Made by a program: the position numbers and the translations under genes | The notes under the pieces: model-generated | Database searches by the model: none | What the model was told of the DNA's origin: nothing | The model's input: the letters and a program-made list of their open reading frames with translations, nothing else | Assembly (NCBI GenBank): GCA_035221665.1 | Contig: CM069165.1 | Location: 17,050,001 to 17,114,000, forward strand | Length of the DNA: 64,000 bases | Direction of reading: 5' to 3' | Source of the DNA: Okamejei kenojei | Lineage: Eukaryota | Shown: positions 61,318 to 64,000 of the stretch, in pieces | Numbering within the stretch: position 1 is the first letter of the stretch | Layout of the letters: each line of letters starts with the position of its first letter

Positions 61318-62199
61318 GTATGAAAGAGGCATTTCACCAAACAGATGCCTTATCAAAGTGTCACCTCTTCCTCTTCCACAATATTGGGTTTTTTTTTAGA
61401 ATTGTTTCATGTTTCAAATACGTGTTTGCTATAACTCATTAATTGGATTAGGGCACGAGTGCGCACATGATATTGTCAAAGCATCTTCACAAAGGTTTAT
61501 AATTGTTAGCACATTTTTGCTTGCCGTTTGTTCAGAATTTAATTCAGTGTTACATTTGTGGCAGCAACACGTCAGTCTTTACTAATGGTGGCCATGAATC
61601 GCTTTCGCTAACTGGCGGTTATTGTGATGCTGCGCTCCAGTATATTTCTGTGAGGTTAGAAGGCTTTATTAAGGTGTTATACGAGACGCAATGCGCAAAA
61701 CAAAAATCGCGCAAAAACGCACAAAACAAAAAGGGTTTTGGGGGTTCTTTCGGTTGGCTCCGATTTCACAATCTCATCCTGTGATTGTACTCCACTGCAT
61801 ATGGGTTTTGCCCTTAGAAAGACCATGTTTGTCTTGCGAATAACCAGCGGCAACTTTATAAAATGTTTGCACTGCAGTGTTTGCAAACTTCAAAGTGCTA
61901 CTTTTTCAAGGATGTGCAACTTGCTTGCCCTCTTTTAAATAGATGTATACGACCTATAAAAGACTGCTGGACCCCTTGTCAGCTGTGGCAGCTTTCCGAT
62001 CTCTTCCCGCTGCGGTCATTAGAGCCATTTGTTGCTGAGTCGTCTAATCAGCAGTTGGTTAACAATGCAGTGTGATAGACGTGTAATACTGTGAGGTGGA
62101 AACGCAGTCCAATTTTTGCCCGTTTAAACTGCATCAAGCAGAAGAGGATTTGAACTTTTTTCATCTGCTCATTCCACGTAAGCCTGACCAGGGGCTCTG

Positions 62200-62460
62200 T
62201 ATCTGAGGGAACTGCAGGTGCTGGTTTAAATCGGACATAGACACAAAATGCTGGAGTAACTCAGCAGGGCAGGCCGCATCTCTGGAGAGAAGGAATGGGT
62301 GACGTTTCGAGTCGAGACCCTTCTTCAGACTGATTGTTTCAGGTCGAGACCCTTCTTCAGACTGATCCGTTTGAAGAAGGGTCGAGACCCCAAACGTCAC
62401 CCATCTCCAGAGATGCTGCCTGTCCCGCTGAGTTACTCCAGCATTTGGTGTCTATCTTCG
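62200..62460. mobile_element. Penelope fold-back element with three hammerhead-like cores
   Basis: Two tandem minus-strand cores (62301-62328 and 62336-62360, 32-nt period) and one decayed plus-strand core (62371-62398). Confidence 0.8.
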
Positions 62461-63935
62461 GCTCTATCTGAAGCAGGCTGAGGTAGAGTTGCAGAATGTG
62501 TCAACAGGTGAAGGAAAGCTCAACCAAAGCAGCACTTAATTAGATTGCTTGAAATATTGAAGAAGGAAGTGTAGAACAATGTGAACTATAATGATGAAAT
62601 CTGGAGTAAAAAAGCAATCTGCTGGAGGAAGTTAGCAAGTCAGGCAGCATCTGTGGAGATTTGAGGTCAGGATCCTTCTTCAGACTGGATAATAATTGGT
62701 TTCTCAGATGCCTCAAACTCAAATTTGTACATTGCTGTCGAGAATTGAATCTGGCGATTCATGACAGAAATCTACAGCCAGCGGTTTTATTTATTTATGC
62801 TGCAGTGTTCAGATCCTCATTCAGTCCATGTCCAAACGGAATTGCTATGTTTTTTCAAACATTACCTAAAGAATCCAGTCATCCTTGATTTCTCCCTCAC
62901 ATCTACCCCCAAATATGAATAACTTGCACAAACACAGATTCTGACTTTTAACTGAAACTCTCAGTTTAACATTTTATTCTAATGAGATCAGAAGCATGAG
63001 GCAGTTTCTGCTTATTTTAGGTTTTTGCGATGAGCTCTGCTTTCTGCAGTGGTGGCCATTCAGGGCAAGTGTTCATTGGAAAACAAAGGTGCTTCTGTTT
63101 GTCGTTAATAGTGTAAATGCCCTTTATCTGTGCTCTTGAGCTGTAATTTCTGACCCAAACACAAGATTCCTCTATCATAATTCTGAAGTATTTAATAGAA
63201 TTAAATATTTTCAGTAAAATAAGACAAAATATCTGTCTAGACTGACAGGTTTTCAAAGTATTATTTAGCCGATAAGATGTAATGTAGTTATCGAAACTCA
63301 CTAAAGTGCTGGAGAGGGCACTGCTCAATTTTGACTGGGAGAATCTGACTGAATTAAGAATATTTTCTCTTGTTCTGTATCACGGTTGGGGAGTTGGAAA
63401 AGAACAACGAGTAATCCTTCATTGTACATCAATATAATCAGGGTAACCGGGGAGCTCCTAAACAAAAGACAACCTGAGTCCAGATATTTAATTATGCTTG
63501 ATGCAGATAATCCTGACTAGTAACATCAGCATATGATAGAGAGTCTGGTGATATAGAACGGAAAGAGAAGCCCTTTAATCCCATGCCAGCTGACCAACAT
63601 CCATTTCTGCACGAATCCTATCACAATCCAATGTATCTTCCCGCATTCCCATCAACTCCTTCCCCACCAAGCTCCTTGCACCCCCAACCCCAGGCTGATT
63701 AACACACTCGGAGGACAAGCTAGTGGCCCATTTAACCGACCAGGCCTAGCTCTTTTGGGATGTGGGAGGAAATAGGAGCATCTAGTTTAACATATCCCTG
63801 AATTTGAAATCAGTATTCCAAGCCTCCTTTCCTGTTCTACCTATCTTTCATATCTGGTCCTGGTCTGGTCCTCACCCCCACCCCACTCCTCTATCCCAAT
63901 GCCCTGTTGCCAATGATTTGTGTTTTCTTTTGCAG

Positions 63936-64000
63936 CGTTGCAGCATGCTGGAAAGCACATGGAGGATTGCATTGTGGCCTCGTACACAGCACTGCTTCTA
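63936..64000 (+). CDS. WAPL: WAPL coding exon, phase 1 start, runs off the window
   Basis: ttttgcag|CG TTG; (A)LQHAGKHMEDCIVASYTALLL. Confidence 0.96.

Overview
Eukaryotic, repeat-rich vertebrate DNA. The CR1/HER1-type LINEs, HE1-type SINEs and Penelope fragments suggest a cartilaginous fish, probably a skate or ray (inference). The only host gene is WAPL (cohesin release factor) on the + strand: 13 coding exons with GT-AG boundaries and consistent phases run from 14603 to the window end, and the gene is incomplete at both ends. The introns hold CR1, Rex/L2-type and Penelope retroelements, tRNA-derived SINEs, and Harbinger and hAT MITEs. The standout observation is two copies of a ~140-nt non-autonomous retroposon (29764-29903 and 34754-34893, both - strand). 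Its first 54 nt fold into a minimal HDV/CPEB3-like self-cleaving ribozyme, its 5' end sits exactly at the predicted cleavage site next to a 12-13 bp TSD, and it has no recognisable Pol III promoter. Other points of interest: Penelope hammerhead cores, two perfect locally templated insertions, an inverted pair of histone H1-like pseudogene fragments, and a minisatellite derived from a Penelope terminus. Exon and ribozyme coordinates were counted by hand; repeat boundaries are approximate.
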